From: an uncultured delta proteobacterium
GTDB taxonomy: Bacteria > Desulfobacterota > Syntrophia > Syntrophales > UBA2192
Reading direction: 5' to 3'
Length of the DNA: 64,000 nt
Assembly: GCA_963705165.1 (NCBI GenBank)
Contig: CAVPJD010000031.1
Location: 100,872 to 164,871, forward strand
This document shows positions 8,249 to 18,638 of the stretch, in pieces. A model generated the notes under the pieces. It had not been told where the DNA came from, ran no database searches, and worked only from the letters and a program-made list of their open reading frames with translations. Position 1 is the stretch's first letter. Every line of letters begins with the position of its first letter. Made by a program: the position numbers and the translations under genes.

Positions 8249-11200
8249 CTACTGCAGGTTGCCGCTCGTGTCGTACTTCACGATGAAGCCGTCGTTGCCT
8301 CCGGCATTGCTCGCACCGTCGAGGCTGCCCGAGGTGTGTCCCGTCATGAAGGTGGTGCCGCTCGTATCGACGGCAACGGACCGCCCGTAATCCCCCGCCG
8401 TTGTCCCCAGCATGCTCGTCCACTGCCGGGTTCCAGACGTGTTGTACTTGAGCAGGATCAGGTCGTGGCTCCCAGCAGGCGTGAAACCGTCGAGCGCGGC
8501 ATTGGTGTTTCCGGAGATGTAGGCATTCCCGCTCGAATCGACGGTCAGCCCGGAGGCGACGTCGTTGCCCGCGGCGCCGTGGAAGACGGACCACTGCTTC
8601 GTGCCCGAGGAATTGAACTTCGCCAGGAAGATGTCCTCCGTCGTGCCGCTTCCGTCGCTGTTGGTCCCCCCGTCGAAATGGCCATAGGAATGGCCCGCCG
8701 CGTAAACGTTTTCGGACCCGTCGACGGCGACGCCGTAGCAGTAGTCGAACACGGTGGACCCGAGCATCCGCGTCCATTGCCTCGTCCCCGAGGAATTGTA
8801 CTTGGCGACGAAGATGTCCTGGATGCCGGCATTCGTCTCCCCGTCCAGGCTGCCCCGGCTCATGCCCGAGATATAGACGTTGCCGCTCGAGGCGACGGCC
8901 ACGGCGTAGGAGTAGGTCAGCGTCGCGTTCCCCAGCAGGCGCGTCCATTGAAGCGTCCCCGACGAGTTGTACTTGGCGAGGAAGGCGTCGGTGCCGCCGG
9001 AATTCGTCTCACCCCCCAGGTTTCCGTCCGTAAAGCCGGAGATAAAGACATTGCCGCTGGCGTCGACGGCGACGGACCAGGCGGAATCGCTCCCCGCCGT
9101 CCCCAGCAGGCGTGTCCACTGCCGGGTGCCGGACGAGTTGTACTTGATGAGCGCGGCGTCCGAGCCCCCTGCATTGGTCTCGCCGTCGAGGTTACCCGAG
9201 GTGTAGCCCGCGACGTAGATGTTGCCGCTGCCATCGACGGTGACGGCCCCCCATCCGGACTCGTCACCCACGGCGGTGCCCGAGAGACGCGTCCACTGCC
9301 GCGCCCCCGAGGCGTCGTACTTCGTGAGGAAGATGTCGTTTCCGCCGCTGTTGGTCTCCCCGTCGAGGGCTCCGGCCGTGTAACCAGCAACGTAAATGTT
9401 GCCGCTGGAATCAACGGCGACCCCGTGGCCACGATCTGTCGATGCGGTCCCGATGAGAACCGTGCCGCCCCAGGTTCCCGACTGCGTGGTGGCGTTCACG
9501 GCGGTGCACTGGGCCGAGACGTTCCCGGCCGCGTCGGCTGCCGCCACCCGGTACGCATAGGTGGTGCCCGCCGAAAGCCCCGTATCGGAGTAGCTCGTCC
9601 CCGCAGGAGACGCAATGAGGCTTCCGTCGCGGTAGACCCGGTAGCCCGCCACCGCCACGTTGTCCGTCGAGGCCGTCCAGGAAAGATCGATCCGCGACGT
9701 GGAGACCACCGTGGCCTGCAGGTTTGTGGGGACCGAGGGCGCCGTGGCATCGAGCGTCGAAACGGCAACGGCCCCGCACTGGGCCGATGCATTGCCAGCT
9801 GCGTCATAGGCCGCCACCGTGTAGCTGTAGCTCGTTACCTCGGAGAGGCCCGTGTCGGAGTAACTCGCCCCGGCCGTGGTGCCGACCTGGCTGCCGTTGC
9901 GGTAGACCCGGTAACCCGTCACGCCCACGTTGTCCGTCGAGGCCGTCCAGGTCAGGTTGATCTGGGAGGCGGAGGCCCCGGTCCCCTGGAGGTTCGAGGG
10001 GACGGAGGGCGCCGTGGCATCGGCCGTGGAGACGGCGACGGCCCCGCACTGGCTGGACACGTTGCCCGCGGCGTCGTAAGCGGCCACCCGGTAGCTGTAG
10101 CTCGTCGCCTCGGTGAGGCCTGTGTCGGAGTAGCTCGCCCCGGCCGTGGTGCCGACCTGGCTGCCGTTGCGGTAGACCCGGTAACCCGTCACGCCCACGT
10201 TGTCCGTCGAGGCCGTCCAGGTCAGGTTGATCTGCGAGGCGGAGGCTGCCGTCCCCTGGAGGTTTGCGGGCACCGACGGCACCGTGGCATCCAGCGTGGT
10301 GACGGCCACGGCCCCGCACTGGGAGGACTCGTTGCCCGAGGCATCGACAGCCGCCACGCGGTAGCTGTAGCTCGTGGCCTCGGAGAGCCCCGTGTCGTTG
10401 TAGCTCGTACCGGCGGGAGAGGCGACAAGGCTGCCGTTTCGGTAGACCCGGTAGCCTGTCACGGCCAGGTTGTCCGTCGAGGCGGTCCAGGTCAGGTTGA
10501 TCTGTGAGGTGGAGGCTGCCGTTCCCTGGAGGTTCGAGGGAACCGACGGGGTTGTTGCATCGGCGGTGTAGACGGCAACGCCACCGCAGAGGGAAGACAA
10601 ATTGCCCTCGTCGTCGTAGGCCGCGATCGTGTAGGTGTAGCTCGTGGCCTCCGAGAGTCCCGTGTCGGAATAGCCTGTCCCGGCCGTTGTCCCGACCTGG
10701 CTGCCGTTTCGGTAGACCCGGTAGCCCGTAACCCCGGCGTTGTCCGTCGAGGCTGTCCAGGTCAGATCGATCCGGGATGTAGAGGCGGCAGTCCCCTGGA
10801 GGTTCGAGGGAACCGACGGAGGGGTTGCGTCGACCGTTGTTGCGGAAAGAGGCGAGCTCTGGGAGGATTCGTTGCCCTCTGCGTCGTAGGCCGCCACCCG
10901 GTAAGTATAGGTGGTGTACTCGGAAAGCCCCGTGTCGGAGTAACTTGTGCCCGTGGTGGTTCCGATGACGGCGCCGTTGCGGTAGATCCGGTAGCCTGTT
11001 ACCCCCACGTTGTCGGTGGATGCCGTCCAGGCCAGATCGATCCGGGAAGTCGATACGGCTGTCCCCTGGAGGCTCCCGGGAGCCGAGGGGGCCGATCCGT
11101 CCGCCGTGGCGACAAAGAGTGTGGTGCTCTTGGCGGATTCATTCCCGATCCAGTCGAAGGCGGAGACCCGATACCCGTAGGAGGTTCCCGGAGTGAGGCC

Positions 11201-11446
11201 CGTGTCGGTATAAGACGTCAACGGGGTGCTTCCCACACGGGAGCCGTCGCGGTAGACCCTGTACCCCAGCATCACGAGATCATCCTGCGACTCCGTCCAG
11301 TTCAGCTGGACACTGTCCGAAGATACGGCGGCAGCCTGTACACCCGTGGGAACGGACGGCGGGTACTGGTCACTGGAGGATCCACAGCCGTACAGCGAAG
11401 ACAGGACTATCAGCAGTGCAGCTGCGCAACAGGCGCGATTCATCAT
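8249..11446 (-). CDS. Surface lipoprotein: 7 fibronectin type III repeats plus 7-bladed SBBP beta-propeller
   Basis: Lipobox LYGC; seven 90-aa PS.P..L....L.W.ASTDN....GYRVYR.G repeats; seven AVD.SGN.Y..G repeats. Confidence 0.9.
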   Translation of the reverse strand: MMNRACCAAALLIVLSSLYGCGSSSDQYPPSVPTGVQAAAVSSDSVQLNWTESQDDLVMLGYRVYRDGSRVGSTPLTSYTDTGLTPGTSYGYRVSAFDWIGNESAKSTTLFVATADGSAPSAPGSLQGTAVSTSRIDLAWTASTDNVGVTGYRIYRNGAVIGTTTGTSYSDTGLSEYTTYTYRVAAYDAEGNESSQSSPLSATTVDATPPSVPSNLQGTAASTSRIDLTWTASTDNAGVTGYRVYRNGSQVGTTAGTGYSDTGLSEATSYTYTIAAYDDEGNLSSLCGGVAVYTADATTPSVPSNLQGTAASTSQINLTWTASTDNLAVTGYRVYRNGSLVASPAGTSYNDTGLSEATSYSYRVAAVDASGNESSQCGAVAVTTLDATVPSVPANLQGTAASASQINLTWTASTDNVGVTGYRVYRNGSQVGTTAGASYSDTGLTEATSYSYRVAAYDAAGNVSSQCGAVAVSTADATAPSVPSNLQGTGASASQINLTWTASTDNVGVTGYRVYRNGSQVGTTAGASYSDTGLSEVTSYSYTVAAYDAAGNASAQCGAVAVSTLDATAPSVPTNLQATVVSTSRIDLSWTASTDNVAVAGYRVYRDGSLIASPAGTSYSDTGLSAGTTYAYRVAAADAAGNVSAQCTAVNATTQSGTWGGTVLIGTASTDRGHGVAVDSSGNIYVAGYTAGALDGETNSGGNDIFLTKYDASGARQWTRLSGTAVGDESGWGAVTVDGSGNIYVAGYTSGNLDGETNAGGSDAALIKYNSSGTRQWTRLLGTAGSDSAWSVAVDASGNVFISGFTDGNLGGETNSGGTDAFLAKYNSSGTLQWTRLLGNATLTYSYAVAVASSGNVYISGMSRGSLDGETNAGIQDIFVAKYNSSGTRQWTRMLGSTVFDYCYGVAVDGSENVYAAGHSYGHFDGGTNSDGSGTTEDIFLAKFNSSGTKQWSVFHGAAGNDVASGLTVDSSGNAYISGNTNAALDGFTPAGSHDLILLKYNTSGTRQWTSMLGTTAGDYGRSVAVDTSGTTFMTGHTSGSLDGASNAGGNDGFIVKYDTSGNLQ

Positions 11447-11958
11447 TCAGCAGCCTCCCCATAGGATGCGAGACGGGTTGCCCGGTGAAGATATTTATAA
11501 TTTCCAATGTTTTTAAGCACTTGTCACTCCCCTTGCCTGCCAGGATCGAAAACGGGCAAGGCGATCCCTTTCCTCTCTATTTATCGGCAGATTTGCGCCG
11601 AAATTGAGGCCTGATTAAACGGTGTGGTTGTCTGATTGAATCCGGGAAACGGCCCGAAACGGGTGGCGGATGAAAAAATATGCCGTTTCCGCTCCGGGCA
11701 GGGGGCCCGGTGCGGAAACGGCATTGTTTGCAAGCACCGTCCCGAGGGGGGTCAGTCGCAGGGGGTCCTGCTTCGGGGAGTCGGGCACGGCACCGATTTA
11801 TGTATACAAAATGCAGTATACAAAAGCAAGGACTTTCCCCTTCTGCCGGGTCCCGCCCGTTACTCGCATTTGGCTGTTTTTCAGCCCGGTAATCTGGTGT
11901 ATGATTAAAAGAAACGGACCGGACGGTGCCGGGTGAAAAAGAAGGAGGACGAAACAGC

Positions 11959-12564
11959 ATGCGGAGAATCAGTGGCTGGCTGCTCGCCAGCGGAATCATT
12001 GCCTGCCTTGCCGGTTCGGCATGGGCAGCCGACGAGGCCCTCACGAACGACACCCTCAAGACGATCTTCTCGCGGAAGAGCGTTCGCACATTCAAGAGCG
12101 AGCCCGTGCCGAAGGAAAAGCTCGAGGTGCTCATCAGGGCCGGCATGGCGGCACCTACGGCAGTGGACAAGAGGCCCTGGGAGTTCATCGTCGTGACGGA
12201 CCGGGCCGTCCTGAAACAGCTCGCCGACGACCTGCCCTTCGCCAAGATGGCCGACAAGGCGGCCGCTGCCATCATCGTCGGGGGTGATGTGCGAAAGCAG
12301 TGGGGCGGAATGGATTCGGACTACTGGATCATGGACTGCAGCGCTGCGACAGAGAATATTCTGCTTGCGGCGGAGTCGATGGGTCTGGGCGCCGTGTGGA
12401 CGGCCGTATACCCCGAAGAGAGTCGCATCCGAACCGTCCGGCAGATCCTGGGCATCCCTTCTCACATCGTGCCGCTGAACCTCATCCCCGTAGGGGTGCC
12501 CGCCGGCAGGGAAAAGCCGAAGGACAAGTACAACCCGGCACAGATCCACTGGAACAAGTGGTAG
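11959..12564 (+). CDS. Nitroreductase family protein with signal peptide
   Basis: IFSRKSVRTF, APTAVDKRPWEFIVV, DCSAATENILLAAESMGLGAVW; AWA|A cleavage site. Confidence 0.9.
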   Translation: MRRISGWLLASGIIACLAGSAWAADEALTNDTLKTIFSRKSVRTFKSEPVPKEKLEVLIRAGMAAPTAVDKRPWEFIVVTDRAVLKQLADDLPFAKMADKAAAAIIVGGDVRKQWGGMDSDYWIMDCSAATENILLAAESMGLGAVWTAVYPEESRIRTVRQILGIPSHIVPLNLIPVGVPAGREKPKDKYNPAQIHWNKW

Positions 12565-12642
12565 GGGGAGGCCTTCCGTTCTCGGATTGACATTTGAGAC
12601 CGAGGCAAATAACTTATCCGAAACCAAACCGGAGAAACCTGC

Positions 12643-12921
12643 ATGCTGACCTTGAGCCCCGAAGCCAAATCGTATGCCCTCGACAACGGCGGGACGATGT
12701 TTCTTGAATATATCATCGTTGGGGACTGTTGCGTCCCCTATCAACCCGAGCCCTCCGTCAGGATGGGCAAGCCTCACAACCCGGAGCGGTACCTTCAGGA
12801 AAAGATCGACGGGGTGACCGTCTTCGTCCCGCACTCTCTTCCCAAGGTTCCCCTGGTCGTCCAGCTGAGCACCTTCATGGGGTTCAAGCGGCTCGTCGTC
12901 GACGGCTGGCGGCACTGCTGA
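12643..12921 (+). CDS. CC/Se-motif family small protein (Cys-Cys form)
   Basis: EAKSY...GDCCVP..P.V..G.P...Y....DGVTVFV...L...GFKRL.V.G pattern. Confidence 0.7.
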   Translation: MLTLSPEAKSYALDNGGTMFLEYIIVGDCCVPYQPEPSVRMGKPHNPERYLQEKIDGVTVFVPHSLPKVPLVVQLSTFMGFKRLVVDGWRHC

Positions 12922-13053
12922 CCGACACATAAGGATCGAGGGCAGCCATCTGCCGCCCCAGCAGAGGATGTAAAAAAAGGGTCATCCACCAACCCCGCAG
13001 GGAGGCTGAACAGGGGATGGTGAATGACCCGGTTTGTACCTGTCAGGGCTTCG

Positions 13054-13659
13054 TCACTGAACCGGCTGGGCGGGGCTGACTTCCTTCAGAAGGCCATGTT
13101 TCACGAGCCCGCTGCCCGCACCTACCTGATCCATCCAGCAGGCGACGGACTCCTTGAGGAATGACTCGGTCGCCTCGAGGCAGTGTTTCATCGCCTCTTC
13201 GGATTCTTTCCGGTCCGATGTCAGCTTCTGCCCGTGAAGAAGGCTCATCATCCAGTTCATGCAGGCGGTATGCGCTTTGGAACCGTTTGCCCAGGAAGCT
13301 TTCCCGTACTGCCTGAACTCCTCCGAGAACCCGTTCCCCGAAAGCGCTACCGACATCCCGGCGACAAGCTTCTTGAGATCACTGGAATACGCATCCAATC
13401 CGGCTTGGTCCCCGAGCGTATTCAAGGGCAGCTTGCAAAGCGCAAGCATGTTTCCGCTGAGTCTTTTCAGAGACTCCTCAGGAACCTTCATCTCGAATGA
13501 TTCCCTGACTACGCCGAGAAAAGAATCGCTCGCCTCCTTGAACATCTGCTGCCTCCGATTCAGCTGCTCCAGATGCCCCTCCGACCATTTCGTGAACAGT
13601 TCAAACGGTTTTTGCTCCAATGACACTCCAGTGCTCATCATGCTACCTCTACTCATCAT
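13054..13659 (-). CDS. Hypothetical helical protein (phasin/PhaE-like composition)
   Basis: GGAGG SD, 201-aa amphipathic ORF, hairpin downstream at ~12975-13030. Confidence 0.6.
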   Translation of the reverse strand: MMSRGSMMSTGVSLEQKPFELFTKWSEGHLEQLNRRQQMFKEASDSFLGVVRESFEMKVPEESLKRLSGNMLALCKLPLNTLGDQAGLDAYSSDLKKLVAGMSVALSGNGFSEEFRQYGKASWANGSKAHTACMNWMMSLLHGQKLTSDRKESEEAMKHCLEATESFLKESVACWMDQVGAGSGLVKHGLLKEVSPAQPVQ

Positions 13660-14111
13660 GCTACCTCCATGAATCTTCTTCGATCATTCAGTTGAAGCTC
13701 CCGCGTGCTTCCCCGCAAGTAAAGTTCCAGAAGGGATTACGCTTCCGCAGGGGACGTGCTCCGGTAAGTTCGATGAAGAAAACCCGGTGTGTTTTGACAG
13801 GAGAATAGCCCACCTTATGGTGCAATGCAATATCAAATAAATTACAGGTTATTATCAGTTATTTACTGATTATTGACCGTACTTATATCCATTTTTGCAT
13901 TTATATTCTTTAGTTTTAAACGCATCGCACCATTGACAGGCATGGCAAAGAGGCCTTGCACGTTTTCGCATCCGCGAATGGCAGGACAGGAAAACGCGCT
14001 CCGGCAGACAGGGAAAAACGCAGGGAAAACGATGGATTGGGGAGAATTCAATGACAGGCTGCACTGATTCGCCTTTCGCCTTTAGATTCTGGCATTCGGC
14101 GAAGCGGCCTT

Positions 14112-14516
14112 CTAGAGATTGCGCACCTTATCCACGGCGGCCTGGACGACAAAGACACGGATATTGTTGCTCTTGTCATCGACGGGGTGGATGAAGAAGC
14201 CGGGACGGTTGGGCTCGTAGCCAAGAGTCGAACCGACAAGTTTCTCTTTGTCCTTGAAGAGGATCTCCATCTTCCGGCCCTGCGGCTTATCCCCGTCGCC
14301 GAACTGGCGGCGCTCATCATAGGCGGGGTTGCCGCCAAAGTCCTTGACGAAGAAGATCGCCTTGAGGTCCTTGACCAGTACCTGCTGGGTATCCTGGCCC
14401 GAGGATTTCTGCTGGGGCTGCAGGTGGAACCGGTCCTTGTTCGGAAAGAAATCCTGGGTGTACCCCTTGATCACCTTCCCGTCGGCATATCGGACGACCA
14501 CTTTCACCGCATCCAT
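14112..14516 (-). CDS. DUF6982-like protein with two internal repeats
   Basis: KVVVRYADGKVIKGYTQDFFP...LKAIFFVKDF.G...GFF..P.D...NN.RVFV. Confidence 0.8.
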   Translation of the reverse strand: MDAVKVVVRYADGKVIKGYTQDFFPNKDRFHLQPQQKSSGQDTQQVLVKDLKAIFFVKDFGGNPAYDERRQFGDGDKPQGRKMEILFKDKEKLVGSTLGYEPNRPGFFIHPVDDKSNNIRVFVVQAAVDKVRNL

Positions 14517-14781
14517 AAGCCCCCCAGATCTTCATGTCATGTGTTGGGCGACCAGCAAGTCGCCATTCGTCTTCTCTTAATCATCGAGCAAATTCCGCGC
14601 CACCTTGCGCTCTCGACTTCCTTCCGTCCCGAACCCGTCCGAATTTCCCCTCCCTGCACGCTACACGCTACACGCGACACGCTTTTTATTCTTGACACCC
14701 CTGCGCCCCTCCCCTATACTCCCGCCGGCTTTTTCGCTTCACGCGAAGCCTGTGTATTCGGGGAGAGAGTGCCGTCGTTTC

Positions 14782-15333
14782 ATGCAGAAGATCATGGTGA
14801 TTTCCGACACCCATGACGATCGCGACGCGATCCGGGGCGTCATGAGATATCTGAATACCTTCAAGGTGGACCGGATCATCCACCTCGGCGACTATTACGA
14901 CGACGCCGACATCCTGGAGCAGGCCGGCTATCCCCTCACACGGGTCCCGGGCACGTGGGACACCTCCTACTACCCCGACCCCGAGGTGAACAACCGCAAG
15001 TTCATCGAGGTCGCCGGCTGGCGGATCTTTCTCACGCACACGCCCGAGTCCCACTACAACGACCTGGCCGACGACATCAAACCGGAGACCATCATCGGCA
15101 GCGGAAAAGCCGACATCTTCCTCTTCGGTCACACCCATATTACCGAGATCCGCCGCCGCAACGGCACGGTCTGCATCAACCCCGGACACATGAGCAGCGA
15201 CGAAAGCCGCGGCTGCCCCTTGACCTTCGCCCTTCTGGAGATCGACCCCGAGCAGATGACGGTGAGCATCTTCCAACTGCCCGGACCCCACCCGCGAATC
15301 CGAAAATCCTACCGGAAGAGCGATCTGAGGTAG
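14782..15333 (+). CDS. YfcE-type metallophosphoesterase
   Basis: ISDTH, IHLGD, LTH, FGHTH, INPG. Confidence 0.88.
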   Translation: MQKIMVISDTHDDRDAIRGVMRYLNTFKVDRIIHLGDYYDDADILEQAGYPLTRVPGTWDTSYYPDPEVNNRKFIEVAGWRIFLTHTPESHYNDLADDIKPETIIGSGKADIFLFGHTHITEIRRRNGTVCINPGHMSSDESRGCPLTFALLEIDPEQMTVSIFQLPGPHPRIRKSYRKSDLR

Positions 15334-15336
15334 TCT

Positions 15337-16137
15337 TTACCGCACCGTCGCGCTCACACCCGCTCCAGGTACCATCCACCCCCACTTCGCAAAAATCCGC
15401 TCGCCTTCCTTCGACAGCAGGAAGTCAACGAACTTGCGCGCCAATGGGCCCTTCTTCCCTTTCTCGGTGAGGGCGATACCGCAGTCGCGGAAGATCACGT
15501 AATCGGGCCCCATGGAGACGAGATCGGCGATCGTGGGGTTGGCCACCTGCCAGATGTTCCAGATGAGCCAGGCGTCGATCTCGGGCTTTTCGACCCAGGC
15601 CTTCTTCCCCTCGGCACTGTTGGCTGCATAGGCTACGATGTTCTTCCGGAAAGCGCGCACCGTATCCATGCTTCCCTGTCTTCCTGCCACGTCCTCCCAG
15701 AGTCCCGCCTGACCCGCGCCCTGGACGACGAGCACCTTTGTGCCCGGCTTCAGGAGATCGGTGAAGTGCCGGATCCGTTTCGGGTTGCCGGGCCTCACCA
15801 GGATCGCCGAGGGCCTGAGGTAAAGCGGCGTTACCGTCGCGACATCGATGCGCCCCTCCATGGCAACGATGAAATCCGTCATCATGTACTCGGAGCCGCT
15901 ATAGATCATGTCGGCATCGGCTTTAGCCTTCGCGAGCCACTGGCCTGTCGGTCCCGCCGTGGCCTCAATAAGGATGCCATTGGCCTTGCCGAAGACCTCG
16001 GCGGCCTCCTTCATGGCCGGGGCCGGTCCGCCCGGTCCGTAGAGATAGAGAACGTCCCCGGCGGCCACTGCCGCGGGAACGGCCAGCAGGGCAAACAGTG
16101 CGATAACCGCCGCAAATCGACATCCGCTGCGCTTCAT
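15337..16137 (-). CDS. AcfC-like periplasmic substrate-binding protein
   Basis: Signal peptide; LYGPGGPAPAMKEAA, PLYLRPSAILVRPGNPK, DAWLIWNIW. Confidence 0.85.
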   Translation of the reverse strand: MKRSGCRFAAVIALFALLAVPAAVAAGDVLYLYGPGGPAPAMKEAAEVFGKANGILIEATAGPTGQWLAKAKADADMIYSGSEYMMTDFIVAMEGRIDVATVTPLYLRPSAILVRPGNPKRIRHFTDLLKPGTKVLVVQGAGQAGLWEDVAGRQGSMDTVRAFRKNIVAYAANSAEGKKAWVEKPEIDAWLIWNIWQVANPTIADLVSMGPDYVIFRDCGIALTEKGKKGPLARKFVDFLLSKEGERIFAKWGWMVPGAGVSATVR

Positions 16138-16162
16138 GTGCCTTTCTCCTTATGGTATGCGG

Positions 16163-17245
16163 TTAACGAAGAGGTTTCGTGAGCTTCCAGTCCTTGCGCC
16201 GCTCCTCGGGGTCGCGGGTGGGATCGTACAGGGTGTCGTTGGAGTAGATGTATTCGCCGCTCGAGTTCACCCAGCGCATCTTCCAGTCGCTCGTGTCGCG
16301 CTCCACCTTCCCCGTGAAGGGGTTCTTGTAGTCGTTCTTGCCCGTCAGCGTCAGATACTGATCCGTCTGGATCTCCTTGCGGGTGCGGTCGCGGTGGGCC
16401 ACGATCTCCCTGTCGATCCGGTTCATGTCCTCCAGGACCCTCCTAGCTGTGTCGGCCCGCTGGCCCTGGCCCTTCATTTCGCCCGCCACCCACTGGGGGT
16501 TGAACTGAACGGAGTTGGAGATGATATCAAGGATGGGTTTCCAGCTGTCCGCCTCGCCCGCCGGGGCGCGCATGAGAGTCGTGAAATCGTTGGACCAGGC
16601 CGCCATGGATGCGCGGGCATCGACGAGGACCGTGTAGAGAAGCTCCTTGTAACGCGCCCCGCCCTCGGCGTACTCGACGACGATGAAGCCTGCATGGAAG
16701 GTCATGGGTTTCACGCCCGCCTGGGCGAGCTGCGAGTTCAGGGGTGCCGCGGCACGGGTCACGGCCGAGGCCAGTTTCGGCAGCGGCTCCTTGCGGACGA
16801 CCTTCACGTCCCTTGCCCCGGGACGCACCTGTTTGAAGGTGTAGCTGAGGAAGCCCTCGACATTGGGCATGCGGACGACGGTCATCCCGTTGTAGTTCGC
16901 CCCCGGGCCGTGGGTGGGCGGCACGATGGGGCCGTCGGCATAGTTGATCTTGGGGAGGCGGCGGAGCATGACGGTGCCGCTGCGGTCGCTCTTGACGGCG
17001 ATGTCGCACTTGGCCTCGACGGAGTTGCCGGGGCCTCCGGCCCGCGAGGGATCAACCCGGAAGATCCCTCCTTCCACGAGCCAGCCCTTCGGCACAAGCA
17101 TCGTGAAGGCGTTCTCCTTCGGCTCGGCCACCCGCTGGAAAACAACCGTTGCGGGAATGCCTTTCGACGCATAAGCCAGGCATGCATTGAGTCCCGGGAA
17201 GATGAACGCCAACGAAATCAACAGCAGAGTGATTCTCCTCACCAT
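16163..17245 (-). CDS. Secreted hypothetical protein
   Basis: Signal peptide, 360-aa ORF with strong codon bias, AGGGGG SD. Confidence 0.75.
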   Translation of the reverse strand: MVRRITLLLISLAFIFPGLNACLAYASKGIPATVVFQRVAEPKENAFTMLVPKGWLVEGGIFRVDPSRAGGPGNSVEAKCDIAVKSDRSGTVMLRRLPKINYADGPIVPPTHGPGANYNGMTVVRMPNVEGFLSYTFKQVRPGARDVKVVRKEPLPKLASAVTRAAAPLNSQLAQAGVKPMTFHAGFIVVEYAEGGARYKELLYTVLVDARASMAAWSNDFTTLMRAPAGEADSWKPILDIISNSVQFNPQWVAGEMKGQGQRADTARRVLEDMNRIDREIVAHRDRTRKEIQTDQYLTLTGKNDYKNPFTGKVERDTSDWKMRWVNSSGEYIYSNDTLYDPTRDPEERRKDWKLTKPLR

Positions 17246-17461
17246 GAATATTTCCCCCTCGTCCGTGTCCGCTCATCCATAACCGCCTGCAATTCTTCCA
17301 CGCCCGTCCGTTCGCACTGCCGATTTTTTTACCACGATTGACCCTGGAAAACATCTCCCTTTTAATCATTGACATTCCCGCCGTTTTTCTTTAGCCATTT
17401 CCTATAGGAACCGCAACCCATCCCCAACGATCCGAAACAGACCTTCCCGCAGAACAAATCC

Positions 17462-18565
17462 ATGGAAGACGAATCGAGACGGCATTTTCTTAGGACCTGC
17501 CTTTGCCTTGCCATTGCAGGGTGCGGCTCTCCCATTTTCGCCCTCTGCCAGGGATGCGGTGACGACAAGCGCGCGATGGGACCGGTTCAGCCGGAGGCGT
17601 GCAGCCGCGAGCCAAAGCTGGCGGCCAATATCAGCACGGATTTCGAGCCGGCCTACCTGAGACTGCACCGAAGCGGCGAACTGAAAGGCCGTGGCGAGTC
17701 TCTGTGGGAGCGGATGAGGAAGTGCGATCTCTGCCCCCGTGAGTGCGGGGCAACTCGGCTGGACGGACAGAAGGGGTTTTGCGGCTCCGACGCTCAGCTC
17801 GCTGTCTCGTCCTATCACCCCCATTTCGGCGAGGAGGCGCCGCTGGTGGGCCGCGGGGGATCAGGTGCGGTCTTCCTGACGAACTGCTCGCTTCGCTGTG
17901 TTTTCTGCATCAACTGGGAGATCAGCCAGGGAGGCCACGGCACGGCCGTCAGCGTCGATGACCTGGCCGCCATGATGCTCGCCCTCCAGGCAAAGGGCTG
18001 CCACAACATCAACCTCGTCACCCCCACCCACTATTCGCCTCACATCCTATTTGCTGTAGACCGGGCAGCCGCCAAGGGGCTCCGCGTGCCGCTCGTCTGG
18101 AACACCTGCGGCTGGGAAAAGGCGGATATCCTGAGAGTACTCGACGGTGTGGTCGACATCTATCTTCCCGACTTCAAGTACGCCGACGGCCCCATGGCCG
18201 GGAAATACTCCTCGGGTGCAGCCGCCTACCCGGACGTCACGAAGGCCGCTCTCATCGAGATGAACCGGCAGGTGGGCGTGGCCAAACCCGCGAAAGACGG
18301 CCTGCTCTACAGGGGTGTGATCATCCGCCATCTCGTCATGCCGAACCGCGTGTCGGGGACGAAACAGGTCGTCGACTGGATCGCCGCAAACCTCCCCAAG
18401 GACACCTACGTCAATATCATGTCTCAGTACACCCCGACCTACCGGGCACACGACTACCCGGAGATTGAGCGGAGGATCACGAACCGGGAGTACGAGGAAG
18501 CCGTAAACTGGGCCCGCGCGGCGGGGCTCACCAACCTCGACATCCAGGGGCCGCGTTTCCTGTAG
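17462..18565 (+). CDS. Radical SAM protein, PflX-like, with Tat-like N-terminus
   Basis: CDLCPRECG, HFGEE.PL.G..GSG, CSLRCVFC, NINLVTPTH, DIYLPDFKY, RHLVMP. Confidence 0.9.
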   Translation: MEDESRRHFLRTCLCLAIAGCGSPIFALCQGCGDDKRAMGPVQPEACSREPKLAANISTDFEPAYLRLHRSGELKGRGESLWERMRKCDLCPRECGATRLDGQKGFCGSDAQLAVSSYHPHFGEEAPLVGRGGSGAVFLTNCSLRCVFCINWEISQGGHGTAVSVDDLAAMMLALQAKGCHNINLVTPTHYSPHILFAVDRAAAKGLRVPLVWNTCGWEKADILRVLDGVVDIYLPDFKYADGPMAGKYSSGAAAYPDVTKAALIEMNRQVGVAKPAKDGLLYRGVIIRHLVMPNRVSGTKQVVDWIAANLPKDTYVNIMSQYTPTYRAHDYPEIERRITNREYEEAVNWARAAGLTNLDIQGPRFL

Positions 18566-18638
18566 AAAAACAAGCGTCATCACAGAGAGCCGTCACTGTA
18601 TAAAACGAACAGCATCATCAAGCTGGAGGGATGAAGCC

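Noticed and set aside
8336-10507. Long antisense ORFs (also 21375-22820, 26699-28006, 29549-30964, 45470-47221, 56040-57446)
   Set aside because: Shadows of high-GC3 genes on the opposite strand; no motifs or SD sites.
9480-11370. CRISPR array or DGR in the repeated region
   Set aside because: Repeats are in-frame 270-bp FnIII units with no spacers, cas genes, reverse transcriptase or adenine-specific TR/VR pair.
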